The position numbers and the translations under genes are program-made. Below the pieces are notes generated by a model. The model was not told where the DNA came from and did not search any database. It was given only the letters and a program-made list of their open reading frames with translations. DNA of 64,000 nt from Octopus vulgaris (lineage: Eukaryota), in the NCBI GenBank assembly GCA_951406725.2, contig OX597818.1, forward strand, positions 79,174,001 to 79,238,000. Reading direction: 5' to 3'. Positions 26,698-41,984 of this stretch are shown in pieces (positions within the stretch are counted from its first letter, which is position 1; every line of letters starts with the position of its first letter).

Positions 26698-28469
26698 CAG
26701 GCTCAAGCAATTATTGTTCAATTTTCATACGTAGTATTTCACATTTAAAGTTTTCACATACAGGGAAACTTGTATGTGAAAGTTTGCAAATCTAGAAATA
26801 CTTCCTGTAAGAACATGATTCACAAGATCATAATTATGTGCATAATAAACTTGGAATTCCACATCTCATAAATAATTTGATTATTGAAGTACATTTGATG
26901 GTATACCTCAACCTTGGATATATTGTGAACAGGGAATATAAATTTGTTAAGCAAATATATGCAAGGTACGTCAACTATTTCATGTCAAACTGGAAGCAAT
27001 CATATCATTTCATAGTCAAAAGAAGATAATTAAAATCAGCCTATAACACGATGAGTATTCCAAGCAAACACATTTTCTCTTCTGCAAGTCTGTTTAAAGA
27101 ATCCACGAATGGTGTTTAGAAACTACAGTAAAACTATAACCCGTAATTCATTAATCTACCTTCTTGGATAACTTTAAAATATTTACTAGAGACAAATTCA
27201 ACCGAACCATAAAAATGATGAGAAAAGGCAAATATTAAATTTGATACAGAAATCAGAGAATTAAGAAAGAACATTCATATAAATACTAAGAAACCCATGA
27301 TTCTTATAAAATATAAGATAGAGAAATAAGAGGAAAATTAGAAAAGAGTAATGTAGGGAATTTAGACTAATATTAAAACATGAAATAATATAGCAGGTAT
27401 AAAAACAATAGTTAATTCAGTTATGAAAATATGATTTCACCACCATAAAGAGAAAGTTCAGTGAATTGAAGAACTCAGAAAAGCAAGGTAACTTCTAACA
27501 GAGTTTTGAAGTTACCAAGCTAAAGCTGATATAGATTGAATATATATATATAGAGAGAGAGAATATATATATATAGAGAGAGAGATTGAATATATATATA
27601 TATATATATATAACTAGCATAAGATGGGCGGCATATGATACAAATAAAAGTACTACAAAATATAAGTAACGATAGTAGGATTAAAAAGATACTTAGATGT
27701 AAGAAGAGTAACGAAAGTTTTCAATATTGTAATAAGGGAAAATTAAGAAAATAAAACCTTTTGTTTATATATAAAGAAACAATATGTACAAACTGAAAAC
27801 TAGCTACAATAAAGTGAAACTTTCACACAATAACAAAATGATAGAAAATTTTAAATATAAAAACACTAACACGAAACAGAAAATTTAAATATACTGACGA
27901 AAATAAAAGGAGAGGAAACCATTCTATGGTCAATATCCCACAGAAATCGACACAGAGGATACAAGCTTGAGTGAAAGAAAATAATTGTTCTGAAACTTTA
28001 GTCCTAAAGCAGATGTGATCTGATTTTAGTTGTAAAAGATCAATGCCTAATCATTGAATGAAACTGAAAAAAGATACTAATATAAATTGCAGACTATTCA
28101 TCTAATACAATGAGATGATTGTTGACCATATCATATATTATCTCTGGTTGCACAGCCTTTGCCAAGCCAGAGTATATTCACAGTCATGATTCAGTAGTTG
28201 TGCCCATTGGGTTATATGCCAACAACACTTCGACATAAAACAGTTAAAAAGTGATATATTCGTGTATTAAAGATGGTACATAGCAACGATTTGACCACAA
28301 TCACAACCCAATAACATAACATTACATGACCGATGCCTGGTACTATTTTCTGGGTATTTTCAACCTACTTATAACAGCCCATGGATTATATAATCAACAA
28401 ATTCACTGCCAGAATTTAAAACATCTAATAACAATCACATAGTATATCTAGGATCAAAGGTCCTTCCCG

Positions 28470-28663
28470 AACTATAGGCTCATAGGGCTGGTTTTCCAGA
28501 CTCTGTAGCGCAGAATTATTGATTTTTTTTTCAAGTGTGAGGAGTAGAGGAATGTGAAATGAAGTGTTTTGCTCAAGAACACAACGCATCGCCTGATTCA
28601 AAAATCGGAACCACAATCATACGATCATGAATGCAGCTCCTTAACTTCTAAGCCACGCGCCTC
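28470..28663 (-). mobile_element. tRNA-derived SINE family D
   Basis: Reverse complement gaggcgcgtggcttag...ggttccgattt...gcgttgtgttcttgagcaaaacacttcatttcac matches 48527-48773. Confidence 0.8.
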
Positions 28664-28829
28664 TACATCACATAGAACACAAACTCCAACAAATTAAGTT
28701 AACATAACTCGCATTTGCACATGGGACGAAGCACTATATTGACACAAGAAACCAAACAATGCAAAGCTCAACTTCTAAAATTTCTATAAAACTTCTATAA
28801 AAGAACTTCATTAATAGTACTGTATTCCC

Positions 28830-29500
28830 AGAAGTCACACGAGAAAGAGAAGGGTGCATATTTGAGGCAGAAAAATAATTTAAAAAATTTAATGGAAAGA
28901 AGTTAGTCAATGCTATCAACTCCAACCATGCACTATCTCTTCTAACTGGATATTAGAATTGCAGGTGCACCAGATCTAGCATTCGATCCTCAGAAGAGGG
29001 TGATAAAAAGTCGAGCTTGCTAGCTTCAATTCGCTTTTGCTGTCTATTCTCATCTATGGTCGTGAATGTTGGGTAATGAACGAAGGAATACGATAGAGAG
29101 TACCAACTGCCGAAGTGGGGTTCCTTCAAAGGATCCCCACAGTAAAGTTATTCGATAGGATGCATACGTCGGATCTCAGGGGGTCTCTCCAGAATGGGCT
29201 GCTATTTCCCCACATTGAGGGGAAATAGCTCTGGTATTATGGATATTATGGATATGAATAGAATGCTGCCAGAAAGAATCCCAAGCCGGGTTCTTCAAGC
29301 TAAGCCAACCTGCAGGAGCTCTAAGAATAGACCAAAACTGGGATAGTTGAACAATATAAAATCTATGTTGGTAATGCTTGGAATTCTACTGTCGGAAAGG
29401 GTAATGATGGTTGCTTCCGATAAGGCTGTTTGAAGGATGTGCTGGAGAACACAACCCACTACACATTTCCCACCAGAAATAATGGGTGAAGATAGATGGG
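28830..29500 (+). mobile_element. RTE-clade LINE 3' fragment
   Basis: FNSLLLSILIYGRECWVMNE..RVPTAEVGFLQRI...LWYYG..NRMLPERIPSRVLQAKP; same family as 1-680. Confidence 0.75.
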
Positions 29501-29538
29501 ATTATCATTATTACAGAGGTAATAATAATAATAATGAC

Positions 29539-30886
<1,348 letters not shown>

Positions 30887-30924
30887 GTTATTATTATTAT
30901 TATAGCAATAATAACAACAACAAC

Positions 30925-30984
<60 letters not shown>

Positions 30985-32350
30985 TTTGTGTTAATTGAGA
31001 CGAAAACAAACTATGCTGGAGACAATGAGCTGCAAGAAGCCTTGACTAGAGAAGAAAGAAAAAGAGTACCCGCATTAAAAGGTGCCAACAGAAGAAAGCT
31101 GCTAGACACGAATAGGAAAGTTACCAGTAGAATAGATACTAAAAATATAGGTTACACTTAATAATCTATGTAGGAAGGCTAGCAGTCACTAGAAGATTAG
31201 TAATTCCCCAGGGAAATATTAGAAAAGAGCAAATGTGGAAAAGGTGATTAAAAAATAAAGTGAAGACTTTAAGACAAGATCTGAGTAGAATAGAAGCCTG
31301 GAAACTGAACAAGTAAGAAACATAAGATTCAAATCGTCTCTCGAGTAAAAGAGAAAGGATTTAAGATAGTCATGGAGAGAACTGAAACAGCGTATCATAG
31401 TAGAAGCAGGTAAGCTTTCCAGATATCAGAAAAGAATAGATTATTATCAACAGAAATGTTTATTTGAGACAGACCAGAGGAGATTCTATAACTAAATAAT
31501 TAGTGGAGAAGAAATTACCGGCGATGAGAAACCTAATGCAGAAACTAGAAAGATTTGGAGTAATATTTGAGATAAGTCAGTCGTTCATAATGGAGATACA
31601 GCACGGTTAAAGAAAGTGCGGGAAGAAGTAGTCAGTGAGAAGCAGACAGATCTAAGACTAACTGGTGCATTGATGAGAAAAGTGTTAAGAAAAGTGCCGA
31701 ATTGGAAGAGTCGAGGACCATATATTCTTCAAGCGTGCTAGTTAAAGAAAAATAGTAGCTTATAAAGGGACTGAGGAAACAACTTCCGGATTGCCTAGAC
31801 GGAGGAGTAATACCAGATTGGATGACTAGAGGGAGAGCAGTACTCCTTATGGAAGACAAAAGCAAGAGTAATGCAGCTAGTAATTATTGACCAATGCCTT
31901 GCTTACCATTACTGCAGAAACTTTTGACAGGAATACTCTCAGAAAGCATCTACGAGAACCTTGACAATCAGAATGTGTTGCCAGAAGAATAGAAGGATTG
32001 CAGGGAAAAGGCTACAGGAACGCATGATCTATTATACATAGACAAATCAGTTCTAAATGAAGGAAAAGCTAGAAAAAATTTAACAATATCATGGATATTA
32101 TAAGAAAGCCTATAACATGATTTCATACCCATGAATAAGTGAATGTTTGAGTATATCCAGTATCGCAGACAACATAAGAGAATTAATTAGCTTTATCATG
32201 AAGAAATGGAAAGTAGATTTCTATTCAAGTGATACAGGCTTAGGGAAAGTCAATATCAAGAGAGGAATCTCCCAAGGAAACTCGTTATTCCCTTAACTAT
32301 TTGTCTTATGTTTAATTCCCCTTAGTTTAGTATTAAGGTAAGCAAAGGCA
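30985..32350 (+). mobile_element. R4/Dong-clade non-LTR retrotransposon fragment (N-terminal region to RT domain 4), degraded
   Basis: ERKRVPALKGANRRKLL; NY*PMPCLPLLQKLLTGIL; LPEE*KDCRE; YKKAYNMI; KRGISQGNSLFPLLFVLCLIPL. Starts right after (AAT)n. Confidence 0.8.
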
Positions 32351-32622
32351 AGTATCAGCCCCAAAATAAAGGAAACTTCTAAAATTCCTATCATGTTTTT
32401 CACACATTAACTTGTGTAGGTCGGGCTATGTAAAATGTTAGAGAAAAAAAAACTAGCTGTTTCTTGCAACATAGACCAATGAATAGATCTAAAGCAAAAC
32501 TTTTATTCTGGAGTCCTTAAAAAACGATTGTGGATTCCCAATTTACTTTTTTGTTGCGTGAACCCCCTAAAATTTTATATGGACGCTCAGGGGCCGTATG
32601 GACTCCGGTTGAGGACCACTAG
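32350..32622. mobile_element. hAT/Charlie-like MITE fragment truncating the LINE
   Basis: End ggactccggttgaggaccactag has reverse complement ctagtggtcctcaaccgg, like the Charlie TIR CAGTGGTTCTCAAC. A similar end lies at ~52285-52303. Confidence 0.45.
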
Positions 32623-33849
32623 TTTAAAGTGAAGAACAGTTTCGCAGAATCAACTTCACTCTCTCGTTCGTGTCCAAGTCAAGACTACTAAGGAAGGAAA
32701 CCGATGCAAGGGATGACCAAGGCGTCTTGTCTTGCTCTCAGCATTCCACAATACATTGCTGTAGTGTCTTTCTTTCCATTCAACCACGAAGGAATCTTCG
32801 GCAGAGTCCGCCATATCCAGTCTTCACACGCATCGTAGGAAATCCCTAATATTCTAATTAACCCATAGCTGAGTCCCTGGCAGGTGCTACAACCCGGGTC
32901 AGAGTAGACCCGAGAACAATAGTGGCTAATAGGTGCTGCCATACTCCTCAAAAACCCCGAAACTCTAAACCAGCGTCCCACTAGCAGAAGCGATTTAAAG
33001 TCATACCTGGGAAAATCGATAATTAATATGTTGACCTTTTTGTCATGAAGCAGCTTTAGGTTTCCGATGTATTATAGATTGAAATGTCAGTGTGCGAAAG
33101 TTGCACTGTATTTTCATATTGTCATTTTCAAAGGCACGTGGAGAATTACACATAGAATACAGAACTTTTCCATGGAATAGTCGAAACCTAGTGACTTAAC
33201 TAAGCTACTGTATCTACAAGTGTAGTTTGTCGAACCAAGTGAGGGATATTTAGATACAAATGAGATCTAGTGTCATAGAAAATACAGGCAACAATGATCG
33301 TTTATTCAATAGGAATTTTGGACATTTCTTTCAATATATCACTTCATGCTTGTTTGCGTTAGAATTCTTTAGCGAAAATATCAGCAACGTTAAGGTATGC
33401 ATTTATCGTTGTTCGCTATGGTTAACCTCCATTGCTATCAGGAGGTACGTTTTTGCTACATTAGGTTCAGCTCATTGCAGATTGAAACCTAAATCAATTT
33501 CTTGTGACGATTTTGTTGCTGCGGATATAATCGATTTACTACTTTTTTTTATCGATCAGGGTCAACAAAAGCGTGAAACAAACATTTTAGTCACTTTATC
33601 TACAGTGGCAGTTACAATAATATTGTTAGGCTTCATATATTATTCTCTGACGTCCAGAATCCTCCTGTTACCTTCTTTTTTTGTGATGTCTAATTCTTGG
33701 CTGCCGAGTTGTATGCGTTGTAATTATTTTAGGTGTGTTGTATCATAGCTTCCGGACTTTAGGTCTGTCACGCCCCACTTCCTTATCAAAGAGCCATGTG
33801 GTATAGGTAATACTGAAAATATGCTAATGGCAGAGATGATATTTAATAT

Positions 33850-34262
33850 TATCTTTTAATTGTTTCAGTCTCAGGGCCGTGGCTATGCCGAGTTCTGGGG
33901 AATCGCCTTGCTGAGTTTTAGTCGAATAAATCAACAGGAAAATTATTTCTTTTGAGTCTAGTGCTTATTCTATTTTCTCTTTTGCTGGACCACAAAATGA
34001 CGGGGTGGTAGACAAACACTGATTGTCAAACGGTGTTGGGTGACAAACACAAAGAAACACAAACACATATACACACACATACAAACATATATATACACAC
34101 GACTGGCTTCCATGTAGTTTCCGTCAAGCTAGTTCGCTCACAGATTGTCGGTCGGCCCAGGCATATTGTAGAGGACCCTTGCCCAATGTTTTGCGCAGGG
34201 GCACTGAACCTGAAACCACATTGTTGGTTGCAAAGCGATCTTGTAAACCACACAGCCATGTC
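33850..34262 (-). mobile_element. SINE family A, diverged full-length copy
   Basis: Degenerate match to the family-A tail, central microsatellite and head. Confidence 0.7.
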
Positions 34263-35373
34263 TTCACCTAAGTTTAATTTTTAACATATTTACAGCATGG
34301 AGATTCTAAAAAGTAAATGTGGCAAGAAGAAAAGAAAACAATATCAGCCAATGATTATTAATGTTATATTTGACTTGATGTCTCTGAAGTAGATATTTGA
34401 TTTATTTTTACTAAGAAAAACACATGTAATATAGCTATGTATTGTATTAGAGTTCAATCAAGCTGCACAATAGAAACAATATAATTTAATATGTTATTGG
34501 TAAACAACAGTTTATATTTCAACGAAAAACTAAATTACAGATTAAACTTGTTTTTATCAAACTGTTTTATTAACCATTTAAGTTATAAGAGTTTTTTATA
34601 AGCCACATGTCAAAAATATATCGGGAGATGTAACTTGCTAATAAGCAATTATAATTGTCATGTTATTTATGAAACGTAGAAAATTTTCAGTTTTGAAATA
34701 TCATTAATTTTATCCCTTTCTTGCAGACAGGTTGATATGCTCAAATTGATTAATTAGCTAATTAATTAATTATCTTGCCTAAAACGTCAAAGATATATAT
34801 GTCAGAAATATATTTTAGAAGTTTATCTCAGATAGTACGTGATAGAAACACATGTTAGTTTTCCTGATTAAATACAACGCTAATCAAATACTTGAAAGAT
34901 TTTCCTCGGCAGAAAACAACTTGTTAAGAAATACTGATTAAAATAAACTTCCTGAAATAATTAAATGTAATTGCCTAATTATATAAGCGCAAACATACCG
35001 TTGATAGTATACATCAAGAATTCTAATTGAGTCACATCTGATATGTTAGTCACGGAGAGCAATGTTAGATAAGATAATGGCTCATGTTCTCATAGTATTA
35101 GTATTTATAAATGTCAAGTACCTACTTCTGATTTTCCAATTCCAGCTTTTAACGATACGCAAACCAAATATCTTCCCTTCATGAACACAATCAGAAAAGT
35201 ATCTGGTTGACTTACATGATTATATTACTACTCCATTCGAAGTTAGATTATTAATGTCATATATACATATATATATATATGTGTGCGTGTTTGCATTGTA
35301 GCTTTCAAGTGGAGATGCGTTCTAGAGAGAGAGACAGAGATAGAGATGGGATATATATATATATATATATATA

Positions 35374-35480
35374 TGATGGCTGCCCCCTCGTTATCGAGTA
35401 TGGCCATTGCACGAAGCTTAAGTGTTACTGGTGCTGTGATCGAATGTGCCTTTTTAGTCCAGCTAAAGATCTACAATGCC
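35374..35480 (-). mobile_element. extreme 3' end of an RTE/BovB-like LINE
   Basis: CRSLAGLKRHIRSQH (end of a C2H2-like finger), then short 3' UTR ggccatactcgataacgagggggcagccatcat. Confidence 0.5.
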
Positions 35481-35481
35481 T

Positions 35482-35559
<78 letters not shown>

Positions 35560-35684
35560 AACAGAGAGACAAACAAATAGATAGATAGATAGATAGATAG
35601 ATATAGATATGCATAAGTTTGTGTAAATGTGTGTGAATGGGTGTGTATGTATGTGTACTGTTTGGCAGTACACATACAATGTCT

Positions 35685-35718
<34 letters not shown>

Positions 35719-35735
35719 AACAGAGAGACAAACAA

Positions 35736-35790
<55 letters not shown>

Positions 35791-35908
35791 TAGATATGCA
35801 TAAGTTTGTGTAAATGTGTGTGAATGGGTGTGTATGTATGTGTACTGTTTGGCAGTACACATACAATGTCTTGTATATATATATATATATATACAAACAG
35901 AGAGACAA

Positions 35909-35955
<47 letters not shown>

Positions 35956-36021
35956 TAGATATGCATAAGTTTGTGTAAATGTGTGTGAATGGGTGTGTAT
36001 GTATGTGTACTGTTTGGCAGT
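35472..36021. repeat. three-copy tandem repeat containing variable (TA)n and (GATA)n tracts
   Basis: Unit tacaatg(t/c)cttg(TA)n-caaacagagagacaaa-(TAGA)n-tatgcataagtttgtgtaaatgtgtgtgaatgggtgtgtatgtatgtgtactgtttggcagt repeated three times. Confidence 0.92.
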
Positions 36022-36770
36022 TCAATAGATGTTATAGCAATGCAGTCTTGTGTGAATATAAGTGCTTGTGAATATACACACGTGTGTGTGTGTTTGAGCA
36101 TTTCTGGGAGCAGGCGCACTCTCATTCTAAATCTACTTACGAAAAACCTTTACTATACGAATTTAATTCTTTTCCGTAAGAATGGCAAAACCCATATATT
36201 TCGAACCTATTATTTCACTAAAGCACTCTCACATTTACAGGTAATTTCTTAACAGAAATATTTTCCCTTTCACAAGTTATTCCTCTACTAAGTCAATCTT
36301 ACATTTAACAGACATTCTACCACGAAAACAACTATGGTTATCTGCCCTCAACTTCTAAACCGGAATTCAGAAATTTCAGAAATTGATATACGTTGCCAAG
36401 AATGGAATTTTAATTAATTAAAGTGTCTTTGTTGTCTAAAGGTGGAGACAAGAGAACATTCTTTACTATGGAAGCAAAACGAGAACAAGGAATAAAGATC
36501 TTCAATATTATCTTTATTGCCCGTAGATTAGGTTATTCATTAGAAGTCGAAATATTTCATGATATCACAAGACCAAACGGCAAACTTCTGAGTACATTCG
36601 ACCCAGTTCTACTATATTTACTCAACGAAGAGCAAGCTTTGCAGGCCACTGTTATTGCGCTGTGCAAGTCATATCGGATGTTATATTTTGGAGACTTTTG
36701 TCAACTGATTCATCATATGCCTTGGCTTTGTATGTAGGAAAAAACTGAACTAAACAAAAATTAATCAGTT

Positions 36771-37185
36771 AGGCGCTGGCGTGGCTGTGTGGTAAGAAGT
36801 TTGCTCCCCAACCACATGGTACTGGGTTCAGTCGCACCGCGTGGCAACTTGGGCAAGTGTCTTCTACTATAGCCGTGGGCTGACCGCAGCCTTGCAAGTG
36901 GATTTGGAAGATGGAAACTGAAAGAAGCCCATCATATATGCAAGTATGAACGTATGTGTGTGTATGTGTGTATGTATGTGTGTCTGTCTGTATGAGCGTC
37001 AAAACCGATGTTGATTTGCTTAGTGGTTCTGGAAAAAAGACCGATAAAGTAAACACTAGTCTTTTTTTTTTAAAAAAAAGCCCTGTAGTCGATTCATTCG
37101 ACTAAAACAAACAAAAAACAAATTCTTCAAGATGATGCCCCAGCATGGCCGCATTCTAGCGGTTGAAACAAGTAAAACATAAAAG
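36771..37185 (+). mobile_element. SINE family A, full length
   Basis: ggcgctggcgtggctgtgtggtaagaagtttgctcccc...gggttcagtcgc...gcaacttgggcaagtgtcttc (CORE-like segment) ... gaaacaagtaaaa. Confidence 0.85.
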
Positions 37186-37247
37186 ATAGGTTTGACTCCT
37201 TCATAGAAAAGAAGTAAGAGATACCTTGCTATTGAGAAGAATTAACT

Positions 37248-37392
<145 letters not shown>

Positions 37393-38056
37393 AATTTCAT
37401 ATTTCCTTGTGAAACTATGGCTATTTCTATGTAGCTCCAAATTTGGCGACTAAATTAGATTCCTAATTCGATTAGTCAAGATTAATTTCGGCAGAAAAAT
37501 ATTTCATCAACGAACTATACGTGAAACATTAAAAGTATCACAGACATTCCAACGTTCTGTTTCAAAGAAAAGACGAAGATGAGATTCATAATTTGCTTAG
37601 CGAGTACGAATGGCCGTGCGATTAAAATGCTTCCTTGAAAATTATTATCTATCTTCGCACCATCTTAGGGAGGTGAAAGACAGCATCGTATCAAGATACG
37701 CCCTCTGTGTAAACTTAGGGCAGATAGAAACTATGCGAAAATATGCCAGATTTATATTTTTGATTAGTAGACTTATACCGTGAGTAGGTTGACACCCGCC
37801 ACTGAACTCACGTATACGAAATCTTTAAAAGAAATAATTAAGCAAGTAACAAAGATTGGAAATAACGATTGTCTAAAAATGTCTTTACGTTCTGAGTTCA
37901 AATACCGCTGAGGCCAAATTTGCCTTTCATCCTTTCAGAGTCGATAAATTAAGTACCATTTGAGCACTGGGATCGATGGAATTGACTTATTCTCTACCCC
38001 AAAATTTGCTGTCCACATACCAAATTTTGAAATCACTGTCATCATCATCATCATCA

Positions 38057-38126
<70 letters not shown>

Positions 38127-38147
38127 CATCAATATCATTATTATTAT

Positions 38148-38677
38148 TGAGTGAGAGAGCAGTACATACCAGCAAAGTGACAATGAAGTAAAATATACGA
38201 AGCCTAGTATACCCGTCATGACTACCCGTCTGATGAGGGTTCACTAGGCACATGCATCACAACCATATGTGCGCGACATGGTGATCTCATATCAAGATGA
38301 ACAGCACATGACCTTGCAGGTGGGGCCCAGTTAGAATTTTCTTCTGGTCGAGTAACCCATCCCACTCAAAAGGTCCCTGAATAAGGGTTGTTTAAGGATC
38401 TTGAACGAAACTCCCATATTTCCAGAGGTGAATTATTCAAACTCCAAAGAATCCCTCTCAACACACGGCTATGATGCTCCTGCACCACTTCTGCTCATGA
38501 TCAGAGATGTACATATCGTCAGCCAGTAAGGGATGCTCACCAGGTTAAGGTCAAACAACTGACAAGCAAATCTGTGGTATTGAGGAGAATATTTGCTGTA
38601 GCCCATCTTTTATACCAAGACAAAACAATGTACATGATAACACTTCCAATCAGTTAAGATCAGAAGCCACGAGAGCC

Positions 38678-38678
<1 letters not shown>
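38148..38678 (-). mobile_element. ~560-bp element (copy 3), ~25 nt short at one end, in (ATT)n
   Basis: Collinear with copy 2 (30259-30817); (ATT)n on both sides. Confidence 0.9.
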
Positions 38679-38754
<76 letters not shown>

Positions 38755-39182
38755 GGTAGTGAGCTGACAGAATCTTTAGCGCGATGGGCGAAATGCTTAG
38801 CGGGATTTCGTCCACCGCTACGTTCTGAGTTTAAATTCCGCCGAGGTCAACTTTGCCTTCCATCCTTTCGGGATCGATAGATAAGTACCAGTTGAGTATC
38901 GGGGTCGATGTAATCGACTATACCCCACCTCCAAATTTCAGGCTTTGTGCATGTATTAGAAAGGTTTATTATCATTATTATCAGGCGAGCTGGCAGAATC
39001 CTTAAAGCATTGAACGAAATGCATAGCGGTATTTCGCCCGTCGCTACGTTCTGAGTTTAAATTCCACCGAGAACGACTTTGCCTTTCGGGGTAAATAAAT
39101 TAAATACCAGTAAAACACAGGGGTCGATGTAATCGATTAGTCCCCGCCCCCAAATTTCTGGCTTTGTACCTATAGTAGAAAA
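38755..39182 (+). mobile_element. two tandem SINE family B copies
   Basis: Units at ~38755-38966 and ~38983-39182 with heads gagctgacagaatc / gcgagctggcagaatc and (ATT)n tails. Confidence 0.85.
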
Positions 39183-39246
<64 letters not shown>

Positions 39247-39249
<3 letters not shown>

Positions 39250-41945
39250 TCTTTATCACAGGTTTTATTGGAACTCCAGGAGTCTTGTGTGCGTAGCAGG
39301 CTTACTACCTGCCTTTACGGTACCATGCTATTCGTTCTTTTCAGCTATCTACTGGGAACTCTATTCACATTTCCTTTATATTCCTCTTAAAGCTTTTTCA
39401 TACTGTTCCCTAGGACCTAACAATAATTGGCACTATCTTCACTTTGTTTATTTTTCATAGCCGGGCTATTTCGTACTTAAAAGAGTTTTATCTATCTTTT
39501 CGCATTCCTTCGTGACTATTCGTGGGTCAAAGGGGTATGCAACATCAACTATATAGTATATATGGTGCACCACTAGGTCCGGTCTGTTATGTTCTAGCAC
39601 CCGATCTGTTTGGATTGGGAAATCCCAGAGGATTTTGCTACTCCCCGACTCCGCCGCTCTCTGCTGTTTGTGTTTATACCACGCCTTGTCTTTCTCTAGC
39701 CTCCACTTTTCGCATAATTTCCACTGTAGTACTTTCGCTAGCTGGTCGAGTCGCCACAACTTGTAGTGGTTTTGTAGTGGTCTAGGGCATTTGTTCGTGA
39801 TATTGGAAATGGTTTCATCCACTCTATTGCAGATGCAGTAGAGCAGAGACACTTGCTCATTCCTAAGGTTGACCTTCCAGATCGTGGCCAAACCTTGGTC
39901 TTGCGCTGCTAATATAGTGCTCTTGGTCTCCTCTTTTAGAATTCCTTTCATCAGCCAATCCCACCTATTTTTCCAGCAACTTCTGTTGTGGCTACATGGA
40001 ATTGATTGTGTAGTCCCTTCTTGCATAATTCTTCTTTATATCCTTTTTGTATTTCTTCCTTTGTTTTCCCTTTCTTCTCTGCTCTCAATACTCTTTATAG
40101 CGGGATTGAAGTTGAATTGCCTTCATCATTCATGATTTGAAAACGAGTCACCTTGGAAGATTCCCATTTTAATATTAACTTCTCCAAGGAATACATTACT
40201 TGAGTACAATTTGGTTTTCCACTCTTTCATGCTATGCATCAGAAAATTTGTAATGTCAGCAACACCAAATATCTGCAGGTTTTCAACAATCCAAGAATGA
40301 GGCATCATATCATATGCCTTCTTAAAGTGAATCCAAGCCATAGACAAGTTTGTATGAAATGTTTACAATGCTTCACAACTGTTCTCTTCGTACATCCTTT
40401 TTCTTCCCTTGGTAGTATTTCTTCCTGTGCCAGGAAAGGGTATGTCTTTGCCGCACGTATTCCTGTGAGTATCTTCCATATTATAGTTAAGCATGCTATG
40501 GGACGGTAGTTTCCCACAATATTCTCCTTCTATCTTTCGTTATAAGTGTTATCTTTCCAGTCATCATCCAAGCCTGGACTGTTCCTTTCTGGACACACTC
40601 ATTCATTTGGGCTGGTAGTCTTTCATGCACCGCATGGCATCTCTTCAGCCAGAAGCTGTGAAACCCATCTGATCCGGGGATGGGGAGGCTATCTAGTTAG
40701 GCACTTTACCCACTTGTTCTTTCACATCATCCATGCTTATGGCAATATTTCTTTGTTTCTTTCCTCTTTGTAATTCTGTCTTGCTAATTCCTATCCACAT
40801 TGCATCTCATTTTTTGCACCACATTGTTTCCTCATAATCTGCTTCAGGAACAACATATTCCCTATTGTCTCCTAACGTTCAGAAGAATTTCTTCGGGTTA
40901 TTTTTTAACAATCTGTTCTCGAACCAACCGATTATTTCTATTCACAAATCTTCTGATCTGGCTTTTTTGCCATGATCCTCTCATTTAACTGCACTATTAC
41001 TGCATCAAACCCGTTCTTCTGTATTTTATATTTCTTCTCTAATATATCCCGGTCGGTCTTTTTCCCATTCTCCAAGTCTTCTCTTAACTATTGCTCAGTC
41101 TTTCCTAGATCTTGCCTTGCCCGCATTATGTCCCTTTCAATGCGTCGATTTCCCTATGGCTCTTTTGCTCCACCATTTTTTTGTTCTCTTAAGTTGTAAT
41201 TTCTCCCCAACAAGCGCAATGGCTCGGAGAAGATACCTTGTTTGTGTTATGTTCTCCGTCTGGATGTATGGTATGACAGTATTTATCTTTTGTGTTACTT
41301 TATTTATGATACTCCTATCTACCCTTCTCATATACATGGAGATTTTTTCTTCTGGAGCATTCATCAAGTCGGTGAATCGTATTTGACTTTCAAGCAATTC
41401 ATTATCTAGTTGGTTCATTTCTCCTGCTCTCCATCCACCACTGTATCAAGGTTCACTGTATAACGTTCCTGTTTCTCATTCTTAACAGCCTGATCACCAT
41501 TTCCTTGTTCCTCCTGTCTTAATCTTATCTCTGCTTTCAACTCCTACCTCTCTGTTTCAACTCCAACTATTCTTTGTAGCCCATTCGCAGGGTCCCTGAG
41601 ATCCTCACTAATCCGAGATATTTCTACTCCAGTTAAGTAACTCCTAATCGCTTTCACTTGGTTCATTTATTTATATTCTGACATTGGGCACATGTCCATT
41701 TCCACCCAAAATTTCAAGGTACGTCGGCCTACACCGCGACTTCTTTCCAACTTTGCACTTTTGTGACATTCAATACGTGTATCCTACTCTTCCTTAGTCC
41801 ACTTGTGTCTGTTTTTGCGCTCACCGCGTCCGAGGCCCGATCACTACCCTTGATGTGGACGGTTTCGAACGTGCCGGGCGGGAAACCTTCATCATGAGTC
41901 GTTCGTGGGGTTCCCACGAGAGTTGGTATTGAGACCCCATCTCTC
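39247..41945 (-). mobile_element. R4/Dong-clade REL-endonuclease retrotransposon, near full length with internal deletion
   Basis: N-terminal KNRHKWTKEE..IECH motif; RT motifs NYRPIACLTIIWKILTGI, MAWIHFKKAYDMMPHSWI, GIFQGDSFS; decayed CCHC knuckle CCICNRVDETISNITNKC; REL nuclease KILWDFPIQTDRVLEHNRPDLV...IVDVAYP...EKIDK. The 3' end abuts (TAA)n. Confidence 0.9.
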
Positions 41946-41984
41946 TCTCTTCCTCTCTTTATTTGTATATACACGTGCACGTGT

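Noticed and set aside
26720-27530. Possible Penelope RT remnant on the plus strand
   Set aside because: Only vague peptide resemblance in very A-rich sequence; no motif I can defend.
33260-33748. 162-aa ORF with a hydrophobic stretch as a host membrane protein exon
   Set aside because: No recognisable domain or splice context; more likely the antisense of a decayed LINE.
35472-36021. Repeat-spacer pattern resembling a CRISPR array
   Set aside because: The variable parts are microsatellites, the context is eukaryotic and there are no cas genes.
41855-41900. AUGAUGA...GAAACCGUC near the Dong LINE 5' end as a ribozyme
   Set aside because: Core C3 is absent, stem II does not pair and it lies within the ORF start region.
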